Source: Octopus vulgaris
Taxonomy: Eukaryota
Direction: 5' to 3'
Assembly: GCA_951406725.2 (NCBI GenBank)
Contig: OX597815.1
Location: forward strand, 197,408,001-197,472,000
DNA length: 64,000 bases
Part shown: positions 1 through 13,029 of the stretch, one piece after another
Numbering within the stretch: the first letter of the stretch is position 1
Layout of the letters: each line of letters begins with the position of its first letter
Notes under the pieces: model-generated
Told to the model about the DNA's origin: nothing
The model's database searches: none
What the model saw: only the letters and a program-made list of their open reading frames with translations
Translations under genes and position numbers: made by a program

Positions 1-408
1 AGAGAGAGGGATAAAGGAGGGATTTCTTTTCAATTTGGAACGTATTTAACATTCATCCATTTATTTATTTATTCATTTAGTTTCTTTTACCATTGTATAC
101 CTATTGACATGAGTTCAAGGATGGTGACCTCTCCAAGATGTCAGTTTTAGGGATGGGGAAAATAATGAAAAAAGGATGGAGCACGGTCCGCACTGAAAGC
201 ATTTTTTTTTAATGCTTTCAGTGATGAACGCACGCCATCCTATTTCATTATTTTCCACATCCTAAAACTGACATCTTGGAGAGGTCACCATCCTTGAACT
301 CATGTCAATAGGTATACAATGATAAAAAATTAAATAAATGAATAAATGAATAAATGAATAATGATAAATACATTCCAGATTGAAAAGAAATCCATCCTCC
401 CTATCTCT
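1..408. repeat. Long fold-back inverted repeat centred near 207; the left arm may extend beyond the window
   Basis: 91-151 is the exact reverse complement of 261-321 (61 bp); the outer and inner parts of the arms pair imperfectly. Confidence 0.9.
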
Positions 409-596
409 ACCTATCTATCTTTCTGTCTACCTATCTGTCTATCTATCTATTTGTCTGTCTGTCTCTCTCCATTGTCCTGGAACCTCACCCATAGAAACAT
501 AAAAAAGGAAAAAAAAAAAAATGTTCCCCTCTTCTAAACAAAAGAAACAGAAACATTTGATTTATATAAATGAACAACGTTTTTCCACATTCACAA

Positions 597-639
597 TATT
601 ATTTGACAAGTTCGAAGACGCACGAAAGCGCCAATAATA
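597..639 (+). ncRNA. Degenerate minimal type I hammerhead-like motif
   Basis: TATTAT-TTGACAA-GTTCGAAGACGCAC-GAAA-GCGC-CA-ATAATA. Stem I pairs; about 4 substitutions separate it from CTGACGA...GAAAGCGCTA. Confidence 0.35.
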
Positions 640-736
640 ATGAATAAATAATAAATCTTGTTTTCAAAATTTTGGCGACCTCCTTTTTTCTCAATATACA
701 ATATCTGTACGCCATGTCCAACACTCTACACACACA

Positions 737-810
<74 letters not shown>

Positions 811-816
811 TACACA

Positions 817-1186
817 CGGACGACGGCGCCGTGGAGATCTCATTCTTGCTCACGACATCATAAGCGGAAAGTGTAACCTCTCGAAAGAGCTGTTCTTCAC
901 TCCTGCTCCAGAGCGTCGGCTGCGGGGTCATTCCGAAAAGCTCTATCTGCGACGATTTCATCTCAATCGAAGGAGACGGTTTTCTCCGTCCGGTTTGCGG
1001 ATCCGTGGAACAAGCTGCCAGACGAGATGGTGAAGATGCCGACGACCGCTCGGTTCAAAGTTTCCCTTGACCTCAAGTAGCCTGAACTCTTTACATGAAC
1101 ACCACCCTCTACATAACTCCATCTCGCCTTACATGGCCTTGCTTTTTGCTTTTTGAGCCAAAAAATTAACTAACTAACTAACTAAC
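817..1186 (+). mobile_element. CR1/L2-group LINE 3' fragment with (CTAA)n tail
   Basis: Encodes RRRRGDLILAHDIISGK, homologous to the copy at 2652-3168; ends in (CTAA)n. Confidence 0.8.
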
Positions 1187-1216
1187 GTACACACACATAT
1201 TTAATTTTTTTATAGG

Positions 1217-1572
1217 TTATAGCCAGAGCCTGAGGCCGATCTGCTGCACCGCCTTTACTACATCCAGGGACTTTTCCATTATTACTTCTGGTGAAGTCGC
1301 GAGTTGGACGTTACCACTACTTCGTGCCTCCTGCCGCGTTGTGGTTCCATCCGGTATTGCAGATGAAAAATTGTGTCGATGTATTTTGAAGACATCCATG
1401 TCCACACCTTGCAAAATTCTGATGTTCTGTGGTAGTGCATTAAAAATTTGTGGTCCCTTTACTCCTAAACTATTACAATATTGGGTTCGCATCCTCGATG
1501 GGGGAAGATGGGACCTTTTGTAGGGTGCAGTGCCGCCCAGTTCGGGATTGTTGGAGATTTCGATTCCAAAAT
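1217..1572 (-). mobile_element. LINE 3' fragment (CR1/L2-like ORF2 C-terminus)
   Basis: Translation NSLGVKGPQIFNALPQNIR...VDMDVFK, similar to the fragment at 12240-12822. Confidence 0.6.
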
Positions 1573-1574
1573 TA

Positions 1575-1615
<41 letters not shown>

Positions 1616-1617
<2 letters not shown>

Positions 1618-1771
1618 GACTAAACACGTAAATGTGAAACAAGGTGGAAAAAAGAGTACTCAAATACCAGGGGTAGAATAATATGCTTTATTTAAAAGCA
1701 GTAGAAAATTCAACGAAACCTATTACTCTGAGTAACAGGTTTTGTTGAATTGTCTGCTGCTTTTAAATAAA

Positions 1772-1777
<6 letters not shown>
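1616..1777. mobile_element. Short fold-back (1681-1777) with one-sided tail between (TA)n tracts; probable PLE terminus
   Basis: About 48-bp imperfect arms centred on TTACTC-T-GAGTAA at 1729; extra left tail 1616-1680. Confidence 0.55.
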
Positions 1778-1818
<41 letters not shown>

Positions 1819-1820
1819 TA

Positions 1821-2650
1821 CAGACATGAAAGAAGTTAATAGACACCCTTATAACCATTAAGATTTATTTAAAACTGAAATTATACATTCAAAATATTTG
1901 TTAGTTGTTATAATGTGAACATTTAATATTTAGTAGACATGCTCTTTGCATTCTTTAATGGAAGGACCCTACAATGCATGTCATTGATCAGATGGTGAAT
2001 ATTCTCTTGAGAAATTTCTTGCTAAGTTTCATGCAATAATCTCAAAAGATCTCGCTTTGAAGATGCTTTCTTGTTTTGTTTATAAAATGTCTTGTCCGTT
2101 ATGCCCCAGAGGTGTTCTATAGGGTTCATATCTGGTGACTCGCATGGCTATAGAAGCTTTCTAAAAGCATTCTTTTCCAACAAATCTTGGGTCACCTTAA
2201 TCTTGTGATAAGGATCCCACCTTCCATAAATAGTGAGTCTTCTTTAATCATCTCAACCTTGGAGAAGTTTTGAAGGAGTCCTTTCTGCAATATGGACACA
2301 TATTTATTTGAGTTTATGTTTCCCTCACCCTCCACCAGCTCTGATCAACCATTGCTCCAAATTGCACATCAAATTCTTTATCACAGAATCTCCAGACTCA
2401 CACACGACAACTGTTAGGAAATACAGCCAAGCAAATCTGGACTCATCAGAGAATATGACGGTGTTCTAAAATGCTAATGGCCTCTCCACCATCTCACCGG
2501 CCCAAGCTTTTCTCCGCTTCATATTGGCTGGTCAAAGATGTGCCTTCTTTCTTCCTGCTCTGCCATAGTTACCAAGTTTGTGGAGATACCTAACAGCTGT
2601 TCTGGGACTGACATCAACTTGTTCTGCTATGTCAGAGGTCTTGCAACGAG
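1821..2650 (-). mobile_element. Tc1-like (DD34E) transposon remnant, cut by a LINE insertion
   Basis: Minus-strand motifs VIFSDESRF and ESPDMNPIEHLWG; TA-CAG terminus near 1819-1823. Confidence 0.8.
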
Positions 2651-2651
2651 G

Positions 2652-3168
2652 ATTAGTTAGTTAGTTAGTTAGTTAATTTGGCTCAAAAGCAAATAGCAAG
2701 GCCATGTAGGGGGACATGGAGTTAAGTACAGGGTGGTGTTCATGTAAAGAGTTCAGGCCACTTGAGGTCAGGGGAGGCTTTGAACAAAGCGGTCGTCGGC
2801 ATCTTCACCATCTCGTCTGGAAGCTTGTTCCACGGATCCGCAACCCGGACGGAGAAAGCTCCTCTCCTTCGATTGAGATGAAATCGTCGCAGGTAGAGCT
2901 TTTCGGAATGACCCCGCAGCCGACGCTCCGGAGCAGGAGTGAAGAACAGCTCTTTCGAGAGGTTACACTTCCCGCTTATGATGTTGTGGGCAAGAAAGAG
3001 ATCACCACGGCGACGGCGTTTTTCAAGAGAACAAAGGTCGGGCGTCCTCAGCCTTTCTTCGTAGGACAAATTTTTGAGACCATGAACCATGCGGGTAGCC
3101 AGCCTCTGGACTCTTTCGAGGTGCTGTATGTCTTTGAGGAGATAAGGAGAAGAGGCTTCTCCTCTTAG
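2652..3168 (-). mobile_element. CR1/L2-group LINE 3' fragment with (CTAA)n tail
   Basis: ORF 2740-3090: LSYEERLR...LEKRRRRGDL...FSVRVADPWNKLP, a typical CR1-group ORF2 C-terminus. Confidence 0.85.
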
Positions 3169-3537
3169 AGGAGAAGAGGAGAAGAGGAGAAGTGTGGATT
3201 ATCCTCCACACTTCTCTTAGCAAAAAAAAGGATCTTGTCAGAAGGCCCTGGTTGATCTGGACGAGGTAACGTGGTCTCCGTCCCCTCTCTGGTGAATTGC
3301 ACAATCACTCTATTAACTGTATAAAGCGGGACCCCAAGGTTTTCACACTCACAGGAACACATACACACGCACGCTCAGGCAAACGCAGACGCGCACACAC
3401 ACACACAAACACACACAATTATACATACGTATATGTACGACGGGCGTCTTTAGTTTCCCTCTGACAATATACTCACGATGCTTTGATATACATACATATC
3501 TGTGTGTATGTGTCCGTTTCTGTGTCTGTATGTATAC

Positions 3538-3568
<31 letters not shown>

Positions 3569-3589
3569 CGTGTGCATATTTATATATGT

Positions 3590-3626
<37 letters not shown>

Positions 3627-4446
3627 TTGATAGATAACAAATAGATAGATGCAACCTGATATCTTATAATGAATGAAATAATTATAGCAATATATCTCTG
3701 GAACGAGATTCACCAAGAAAGATATAAATCAATGCACTGACTCTGTAAAGTCTATGATTTTTCATTGTGTTTAGTGTAGCGTCGCCATTTTGCGTCTCTT
3801 TATTCAAACCCAGAAACACTTGATCTCATTTCACTAAATTCCAAATGAAATCAGCCAAATAATCGCAATATTTTGTAATATGTCCTCCTGGCCTTACCGC
3901 AGGAGAAAGACTATCTGTCACGAATACTTCTTGCAGTTGTAAACGAAAGATTAACAAGGTATATAGAAATATCGTCTTGGAATAACCAATTAGATGTGTA
4001 AATATGGCTAAAGTTAGTGATACAGTATTGAAGTATACTAACGTTCAGAAACCTCCACTCTGTTAAAATTTATGGGTTAAATAATGTACAATACTCTAGC
4101 ATTTAACTTGTTCAACACCACGCCTACATGACATCTGAGTTCTAAGGCAAACATTCAGCTATCTTAGTACATCAAACGCGTCAGATCCGAAATGTAATTC
4201 TTTAAATATGATACACGTCTAATACAATAACTACTTAGCTGCTATCTCTAGTAGTCTGATTAACCGCATAGAATTTCGCCCTTCAACCAGTCCTGCAAAC
4301 TGATATCTAAAAGTTCATGTCACCTGGATAAATCTTTAAAACTTAGTATAGATTCTATAGTGAAGAGATTTAACATTTAACTAATTTTACATCCTCTTGT
4401 ACTGTAGAGATAAATAATAAACCAAGTGTTCATTGTCACATACAAA

Positions 4447-4501
<55 letters not shown>

Positions 4502-4545
4502 TATATGAATGTATGTATATATATATATATATATATATATGAATG

Positions 4546-4586
<41 letters not shown>

Positions 4587-4630
4587 TGTATGTATATATA
4601 TATATGAATGTATGTATTTATATATATATA

Positions 4631-4676
<46 letters not shown>

Positions 4677-6559
4677 TGTATGCATCGCCTTTTCTGAAGA
4701 ATTATTGCTCATAAAATATGCATGGTGCAGTATAATGATTTTTTCCTCTTGAAATCCAAAATTTAATCACTGCTGCTTCCTTGTGGCTTTTCTTATCTGA
4801 AAAATTACTTCTGATAAGAACATTCCAAATAATTACTTAGCGACAAATTCCAACTACGCATTAAATTTACACTTTTAATTGTATATCTCTTAATATAAAA
4901 TGACACAATTTTGACAGCCAGTATATCAATTGATTATTCGCACTTTGGCTAAATTTTCAATAAGTATTGTTTATTGAAAAAATAAAAAAAAATAGACGCG
5001 CGCACACACCCAAACCCCCACCCCACACTCAAAATACAAGATACATCTTACTATTTTGCAACAAGTATTCATAATTTAGCTGAAATTTTAATTAGAATTC
5101 CTCTTTACTAAATTTCCATAGATTTTCTTATGACACATTTAACAATGGCCTCAATAGTCATGAATATAGTTGATTGTATAAACGCAATTCGGGAAATTTG
5201 GTCATTAAGCTCCTCTTCCGTATTATGATAATATTTTTCTTTAAGTCATGTAAAGATGAAGATGGAATGGTTATTTTTTAAGTAAAAAAAATTTGAAAAT
5301 GAAATGCGTTTTTTAATAAGCATTTCTGTTAGCTTAATTTGGTTAACCTTCTTAAAAATTATTTGAGTTTTGAGTGAAAATTCCAAAATGGATTGTTTTT
5401 CGTCCGAATTACTTGAAAAGAAATTAAGAAGACTATGCGTTTGAATATTTATTTTGTTTCCAAAACAAAAAAAAAAACAAAAAAAAAATTACAAACCTAA
5501 ACAAGGGAATTTCACCTCTTATTAAATTGTATTCTGTTTAACACCACCTATCAACACACAAGCAGTACAACCTATTTCTGTGTGATTTCAAGAAGAAAAA
5601 TATCCCTCATATTATTCGCTTTTCCATTTTCTCAGAGTTGCTCTGATCCAAAAATAGCTCCTTCATTCCTATAGACACTGTTTTACACCTGATCACACTC
5701 GAGATATCGGCAACAGGTGTTGTTCATTTCTGTTGTACATTTAGCAGCTATAATTTACACTCTCTTACCTCTAGACGGCAACAATTGTCAGAAAGTCTGT
5801 CATCATATATTAGGTATATGTTAGCTCAGCTGACAGCTCAGTAAGTCTGTTTAGACGTAGTGGCTAATCTACACCTAAACGCATTTCCAATATTTAGTTT
5901 TATGTGGAAAAACAAATAACAAAAAGCAACAAGTTCATCGATATGTTAGTGTACTATTTGTACTTATTACCTTGAATGTCTTCGTCAATTTATTCGATCT
6001 AATTTTTATTGCGATCGATGTTAATTGATAATTTTCGGAGCATAAATTTAAAACACGTCTATCATTAAACGAATTTTCCAGTTGCTATCTAATTCTATTC
6101 TACCTGTAATTGCCTGACGCATCGGAGCTGGCGTGTGCTACATCAAACAGATTCGTCTGTACCAGCAGTACTTTAATAAATCTACACTGCACAGGTGGTA
6201 CAGTGGATAAAACGATAAAATTTGGTGAATATATAGCGAGCATGCTGTGGATATCGACAGAAGTTTAGTCCTGCTGCGAATACTCAATAACAGCAGGGAG
6301 TAGTTGAATTAGAAAAAGTAGTCTGGATTGGATCTTTGTAAACAAGAGGATTATGAGTGTATACGTGAATTGTTCCCTTCCCTCCATCCGGTGTTGAAAT
6401 ACTGGGAGACTTATCACGTACCGAAAGGGTCCTAAAAACAAACGATTCTTGAAAGTACTGGTCTGGTAACAAAATCAGAAACAGTTATTGTCATATTAGT
6501 TTTAGATGCTGGCATACTTCCAGCAGTTTTAGGAAGTGGTCAGGGACCGCGAGCTCTCA

Positions 6560-7400
6560 GGGTGGTTAGTACATCGGCAAAATATTTAGCGGCATTTCTC
6601 CAACTGTTTACGTTCTAAGTTCCAATACAGTGGTTAATGGTACCTTTCATTCTTCAGGATCAATGAAATATCAGTTACAAATTTGGGTCGATTTATCCAA
6701 TTCCACTCTCCCTTAAAAAATATCTGGCCTTCTGTAAAAATGAGAAAAGACATTATAATTATTAAGATGGTAAACTGGTTGAAGCAGAGCGTCGATGAAA
6801 ATATCTTACGGCAGTGGGATTTCTTCGACTCTACATTCTGATTATTTCGTCTAGGTTGACTTCGTATTGTATATCACAGCTCAAACAATACCATTAATCC
6901 TCGAGTATAATCTGCATTTTCTCCCAAAATTTAGAGGTCAAAACCCCTTGTGCGTACTATATACTTTTTATATATATTTTTACTATGTTAAAAATGAAAA
7001 AAATTTTCTAAGCAATGTCCGAGTCTTTATTTGTTGTCCGGCAATGTTTATTCAGATGCATTTTGTAATGTCGGGCGCGAAAATAACTTAAGCTGCGTAT
7101 TATACTCAAGTGTGGACTATACTCGAGGATTTACGATAAGTACCCGTTGAGCACTGGGCTTGATGATATCGTCTACCTCTCTCTCCACAAAAATTGCCCG
7201 CTTTGTACTAAAATTTGAAACACTGCCGTCCGGCTGGTAGGGTCGTTAGTATGGCAAACAAAATTCTTAAGGGTATTTGTTCCGGTTTTAGTTTCTGAGA
7301 TCAAATTCAGCAGACGTCTATAATGTCTTTTATTTTTTCCGAGTCGATAACATGTGTACCAGTTAAACACAATAGGAGAAATGATTATTATTATTATTAT
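6560..7400 (+). mobile_element. Cluster of decayed SINE family-3 copies
   Basis: Degenerate matches to TTACGTTCTGAGTTCAAAT...CTTTCATCC...AAGTACCAGTTGAGCACTGGG. Confidence 0.55.
6891..7136. mobile_element. MITE of Tc1/mariner/pogo type, nested in a SINE
   Basis: TIRs CCATTAATCCTCGAGTATAATC / GACTATACTCGAGGATTTACGA flanked by TA; interrupts the SINE at its AA-TA-AGTACC motif. Confidence 0.7.
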
Positions 7401-8329
7401 TATCGTTGCTGTTGTTGCTCTGTTTTTGTTTTTTTTATTTGTGATGTTAGTGTTGTTGCTGTTAATAATATTATTAACGTTAATCAATGACTGTTATTAT
7501 TTTTGATATTGTTATTCCTCTTGATATTACTTCCTTCATTCTCATTCGATTATCTCAGATCTGATATCTGGTAACTAAGTTATCATCGATCTTATAGCAT
7601 GCCGTGTACAAACGCAGCCAACGCAAATATTTAGTATAAAAGGAGTGGTTCGAAACTAGATTTCTCTTTAAAGCCATATTAATTAAATATGCAAATCTGT
7701 AATATATATTCGGGCTATTCACATTTATATTGTTAAACTACTTTAGTGTCCTTTATAATTCAGAAATTTATATTCAACAGATAAAATATATTATCGAATC
7801 CCTGACAAGATAATTCAATCTTTTTGAATATTTCAGCTATATTACTTTTTAAAACCCTATACTTGAATAATGAATATTAGAAAGTTGTATAAATGGCTTC
7901 GAGCTTAGATGTGAGCATAAGAGCGACGATTGCTTAGATAACGTTTTGTATTTAGTTTGTAATATTAAGTTTCGGAGCACTTACTATTCAAATAACAAAA
8001 TTAAATTAAAATAATAATACCTCTCCAGTGAATCAATTATTGATATCCCATTCAAATTATTATTTCCATAAACTTAGCTTTTCCGTTAATCAGTAATAAC
8101 ATTTAGGTAAAATCTATAGATGATCTGAGGACATTTTACGGTACAGCGCAATCCTACAAAACTTCAATTATCAAACAAAGAATGTTAGAATGTGTGCTTG
8201 ATGAATTATTGCTAGTATAATGTAGTGTAACATTTCATGACAAAGTAACACTGGCAGAGAAATATTAGTGAACAATGGTTTGTCATATATTGTATTTAGA
8301 TATATGGGCATCACCGAAATAATTGCATA

Positions 8330-8463
<134 letters not shown>

Positions 8464-9494
8464 TTATACATATATAAATGTGTGTGTGGACACAAGCATA
8501 CATATGTGTGTGTGTATACACACACATATGTATGTATGTATATAAATACGGATGTATATGTATAATTCATCTTGTAACGAAGGGTATAGTAAATCAACAG
8601 TAATCGCATTGAAATTCACTTGCATTGATACACAAAGAATTGTAGGACATCTACATATGAAAGTCCAGGCAACTTACATGCTGTAGTAGAGTAGCCATAT
8701 GATACGACTGTTGTTCTTTCAACACAAACCTTCATATTCGGGATATATTACGTGTTTCTTTCTTTGCATATGTCTCACGCTCCCTCTCTACATCTGTTTA
8801 TCTTTCTCTCTTTCTATCATCATGTAGATATGTGTGCATGAATGTTTATGCACGCGAGCATTTTTATACCATACTTGGGTAAAACGAAGGAGTTACGTTG
8901 ACGTTCAAATGTCTAGCGATCACCGAATTTAATAAGCTTATACAAGACACTATTAAGCTTATACAAGACACTAATGATACATGACATTAGGTCATTGAGA
9001 GCCCTCCTCATTCACGTGTGTAAAGTACGATGCCATTGATTACAAATAATCTTAGATAATATCAGTGCAGCTTATCAGGCACAATAGGTAAGAAGTATGC
9101 AACATCATCTGATGGCACAAGAATAATTTTTCATAAACGTGATGGGATAATTTTTTGTCGGAAGGTGCGGTGACAGTAAAAGAATAAAGAGTATATATTT
9201 ATATATCCATTATCCAAATCCATCCTCCAACAAAAATGCTAATTGTTCCTCTGATCTTCGCTCTTAATTTCAGTGTAAGCCTCCTTTGTTATATATTGTC
9301 CTCTCTCAATCCAGTTACATCTTGGGTATATAGCATTCAGTCATCAACTTCAGGACCACCGGTTTGATGCTACTCTCTCTGTTTACTGCCTCTATTTTAA
9401 TTGTCACTGTCCCTGGAAGAATACTGTTCTCGTATCTCCACATCTCAGGCACCATCATAAAATTTAGTTTCTCTACATCGCAAACCATCACATA

Positions 9495-10765
9495 CGAGGG
9501 GCGTTCAATAAGTAATGCCCCTGACCCACTTCCCATAGCAGTAGAGCAACGACACATGGCACAGTTATTAGTCTTTTCCTACATAGAAACTACCCAGAGT
9601 TATGCATTTCTCCCATCGTTTGATACGGCTCTGGAGACCGTTTTTGTAGAAGACCCCAGCTTGGTCCTCCAACCATGATGTGACTTCAGAAATCAAGGCT
9701 GCATCATCTGGGAAACGCTTTCCTTTCAAAATCAACTTCATGGCTGGGAAGAGGTGAAAATCAGAGGGTGCAAGGAGAGGAGTTCATAGCTGCACGCCTG
9801 TGCTTCTGATCTGGCGACAAGCGAGTTGTGGACCGGAGCGTTGTCCTGCAGGAGGAGGATGCCTTTGCTGATCTTGCCCCGCCTCTTGATTTTGATAGCT
9901 TCTCTTAATTTCCTCAAAAGTGAAGCATAATAGGCTCCTGTAATTGTGGTACCCTTTGCCAGGAAATCTGTCATCACTACTCCGTCCTGGTCCCAGAAGA
10001 CTGTGAGCATAACCTTGTCAGCGGAGGGCTGCACCCTTACCTTCTTTGGGGGAGGTGAGTCACGGTGCTTTCACTGCATTGACTGGGCTTTGGTCTATGG
10101 ATCATAGTGATGGACCCAGGTTTTGTCCTGTGTGATCAGTCTTTTGAAAAATGTTGACTCATCTTCTTGGCACATCTCCAAATTCATCCTCGAGCACTCA
10201 ACGCGTTCTTGATTCTGGAAAGGTGTGAGCAGCCTGGAAATCCATCTGGCAGACACCTTTTGCATATGCAAATGGTCATGAATGATAGTTTCCACAGACC
10301 CGGTACTAATCTTGACCTTATCGGCTATTTGGCGAATAGTTATGCGTTGACCTTCCAAAATGGCAGCCTCAACTTGACGGACAGATGCCTCATCAATGGC
10401 AGAAAGGGGGCGACCAGATCTGGGAGCTGTTTCCACAGAGTTCCGACCATGTTTGAATTCACGATGCCAGCGTTTTACAAGGTCATATGATGGGGCATCA
10501 TTACCATAAGTTACTTTCATTTCATGAAAACTCTCCCGTGGTGTGCGTCCTTTCACATACAAAAACCGGATCACTGCTCGACACTCAGCAGGCTCTATTT
10601 CACACTTGACTCAGTTCAAACACCTGTAAATCAGAGACCACAACGAGTCCAGAGCTGTAATTCGCCATTTAATCTATAGATGTATAAATAAGTGCACATG
10701 CAAAATCTCAGCTAGATCAAACAACTGCAAGTGGGTCAGGGGCATTACTTATTGAACGCCCCTCG
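9495..10765 (-). mobile_element. Full-length mariner (irritans-like), 1271 bp
   Basis: Perfect 37-bp TIRs CGAGGGGCGTTCAATAAGTAATGCCCCTGACCCACTT with TA target-site duplication on both sides. Confidence 0.95.
9568..10600 (-). pseudogene. Mariner DD34D transposase pseudogene
   Basis: WISRLL, TQDKTW, QDNAPVH and LAPSDFHLF motifs; stop after HHYDP and a deletion removing the PHPPYSPD motif. Confidence 0.9.
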
Positions 10766-10769
10766 TATA

Positions 10770-10998
10770 TATAAGTTTAGCAAAATTTTAGATTCAAATG
10801 AATATGGTACTTAATTTAGATGCACCAGAATTTTGAATGGTGTTATCCATAAAATCCGTGGGGTGATTATAATCAAAATAAGCAACGAGAATTACTCCGG
10901 ACTCCGGTAACTTGGCATGATCGTTTCGTACTACAATATGATGTTGTACGAAACGATCGTACCAAATTACCGGAGTCATTCGTGTTGCTTATTTTGAT
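10770..10998. mobile_element. Fold-back (10872-10998) carrying the 3' half of a hammerhead, plus left tail; probable PLE terminus
   Basis: Arms ATCAAAATAAGCAAC...GATCGTTTCGTAC / GTACGAAACGATCGTACC...GTTGCTTATTTTGAT; contains GAAA-CGATCG-TA; (TA)n flank. Confidence 0.65.
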
Positions 10999-11635
10999 AT
11001 ATATATATATATACATACTGAGTGCGGCATATGCGTTTGCTCATTACTTTAACCATAATGCACCATGCTCTTCAGTTCAGAAAAGATTAAGGGCTACAAG
11101 GAAAGCAAATTTGGATTGTAAATATGTGTTAAGTATTGTCAATAAACATAAAAATCCCCTAAAGTTCCGTAAATAAAAGAATCCAAATCTTTTTCTTTTG
11201 TGATAAAAGGAATACTGTGTAGTTGTCTCAGTTATAAGATTCGATGTACTAATAGATGAGTGCCTCTAAAATGATGTTCAGCTTCATTTGGGAAGGAATT
11301 TGCATGTGTGTATCTACACAAATTGAAACACATTTAGGATATAAAAGTAAGTGTATTTGGCACCGAAATCCAATATCAGGATCACTTTCATGGTAACTAC
11401 CATACAACAGTTTATTGTAACACAATATCCAAGTTTTAGTCGGGATAAACATTATCACTCCGTAATAGTCCTGTCTCTGTCACTAGTACAGTCACTCTCG
11501 CATTGAGGGCAACATATAGTTGTAAGTAGGAAATGAAACCGTAATGCAGATGCATAAGTTTGTTACCCTTTTCTTTACAGCTATTACGCATTTTTTTCTC
11601 TTTAGTACCATTCAAATTATCTACATGCGCGCGCG

Positions 11636-11726
<91 letters not shown>

Positions 11727-11728
<2 letters not shown>

Positions 11729-11863
11729 GACGGGCTTCTTTCAGTTTCCCTCTATCAACTCCACTGACACTTGCCCAAAGTGCCATGCAGTGGAGCAGAA
11801 CCCAGAACCATGCGGTTGGGAAGCAAGCTTCTTAACAGAAAGACACTCCCGCACCTATGTGTA
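11727..11863 (-). mobile_element. SINE family-1 head, left arm of a perfect inverted duplication
   Basis: Exact reverse complement of 12066-12202. Confidence 0.9.
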
Positions 11864-12065
11864 TATATATATATATATATAAATATATAAATATAAACAT
11901 ATATATATATATATATAAATATATAAATATAAACATATATATATATATATATAAATATATAAATATAAACATATATATATATATATATATAAATATATAA
12001 ATATAAACATATATATATATATATATAAATATATAAATATAAACATATATATATATATATATATG
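11864..12065. repeat. AT-rich minisatellite [(AT)n AAATATATAAATATAAAC], about 5-6 units
   Basis: Read directly from the sequence. Confidence 0.9.
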
Positions 12066-12201
12066 TACACATAGGTGCGGGAGTGTCTTTCTGTTAAGAA
12101 GCTTGCTTCCCAACCGCATGGTTCTGGGTTCTGCTCCACTGCATGGCACTTTGGGCAAGTGTCAGTGGAGTTGATAGAGGGAAACTGAAAGAAGCCCGTC
12201 G

Positions 12202-12202
<1 letters not shown>
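12066..12202 (+). mobile_element. SINE family-1 head, right arm of the inverted duplication
   Basis: tRNA-like head AGGTGCGGGAGTG...GGTTCTGGGTTC...GGAAACTGAAAGAAGCCCGTCG. Confidence 0.9.
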
Positions 12203-12239
<37 letters not shown>

Positions 12240-12243
<4 letters not shown>

Positions 12244-12822
12244 TGTCCACTGTGGTCTCCCCACACAATACAAGGTATCATAAAAGTTGAAGCACCTCAA
12301 AGGGCAATCACAAAAAAGATAGATGGCATGACAGGCCTCGACTATTGGGGTCGACTAGAAAAGCTAAAACTCTATTCTCTCCAACGTCGTCGTGAGCGCT
12401 ACATCATCTGCATGATGTGGAAAATATTCCATCAGCATTGCCCTAATGATGTTGGCATCACCTTTAAGGTACATCCAAGGCTTGGGCCCCGTGCCATCCG
12501 CCCAAAACAAAAATCGCACTCTCATCTCATAACAACAATATGGCACAATTATTTCACCTCAATTGGCCCCGCTCTCTTTAACATTACACCAAAACACATT
12601 AAAACAGAAACTGACCCTATAGGGTTCAAGATGTCTTTGGACAGATTCCTTCAAGAAATCCCGGATAAACCCCCTACACCCGGATATGTCTCTGTAAACA
12701 ATAACTCTCTACCTGAGTGGGCCATAGTGCCCAAATTCTGACTTGAAAGACTTCACCAGGTGGTGCTATTAAGTTAGACATGGCCTGGGCCAATAATGGC
12801 CGAAACCTATCAAAGTATCAAA
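12240..12822 (+). mobile_element. LINE 3' fragment (CR1/L2-like)
   Basis: ORF 12328-12741: LDYWGRLEKLKLYSLQRRRERYII...FLQEIPDKP; short tandem tail ATCAAAGT followed by long (TA)n. Confidence 0.85.
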
Positions 12823-12998
<176 letters not shown>

Positions 12999-13029
12999 GT
13001 ATATATATATATATATATATATATGGAAA

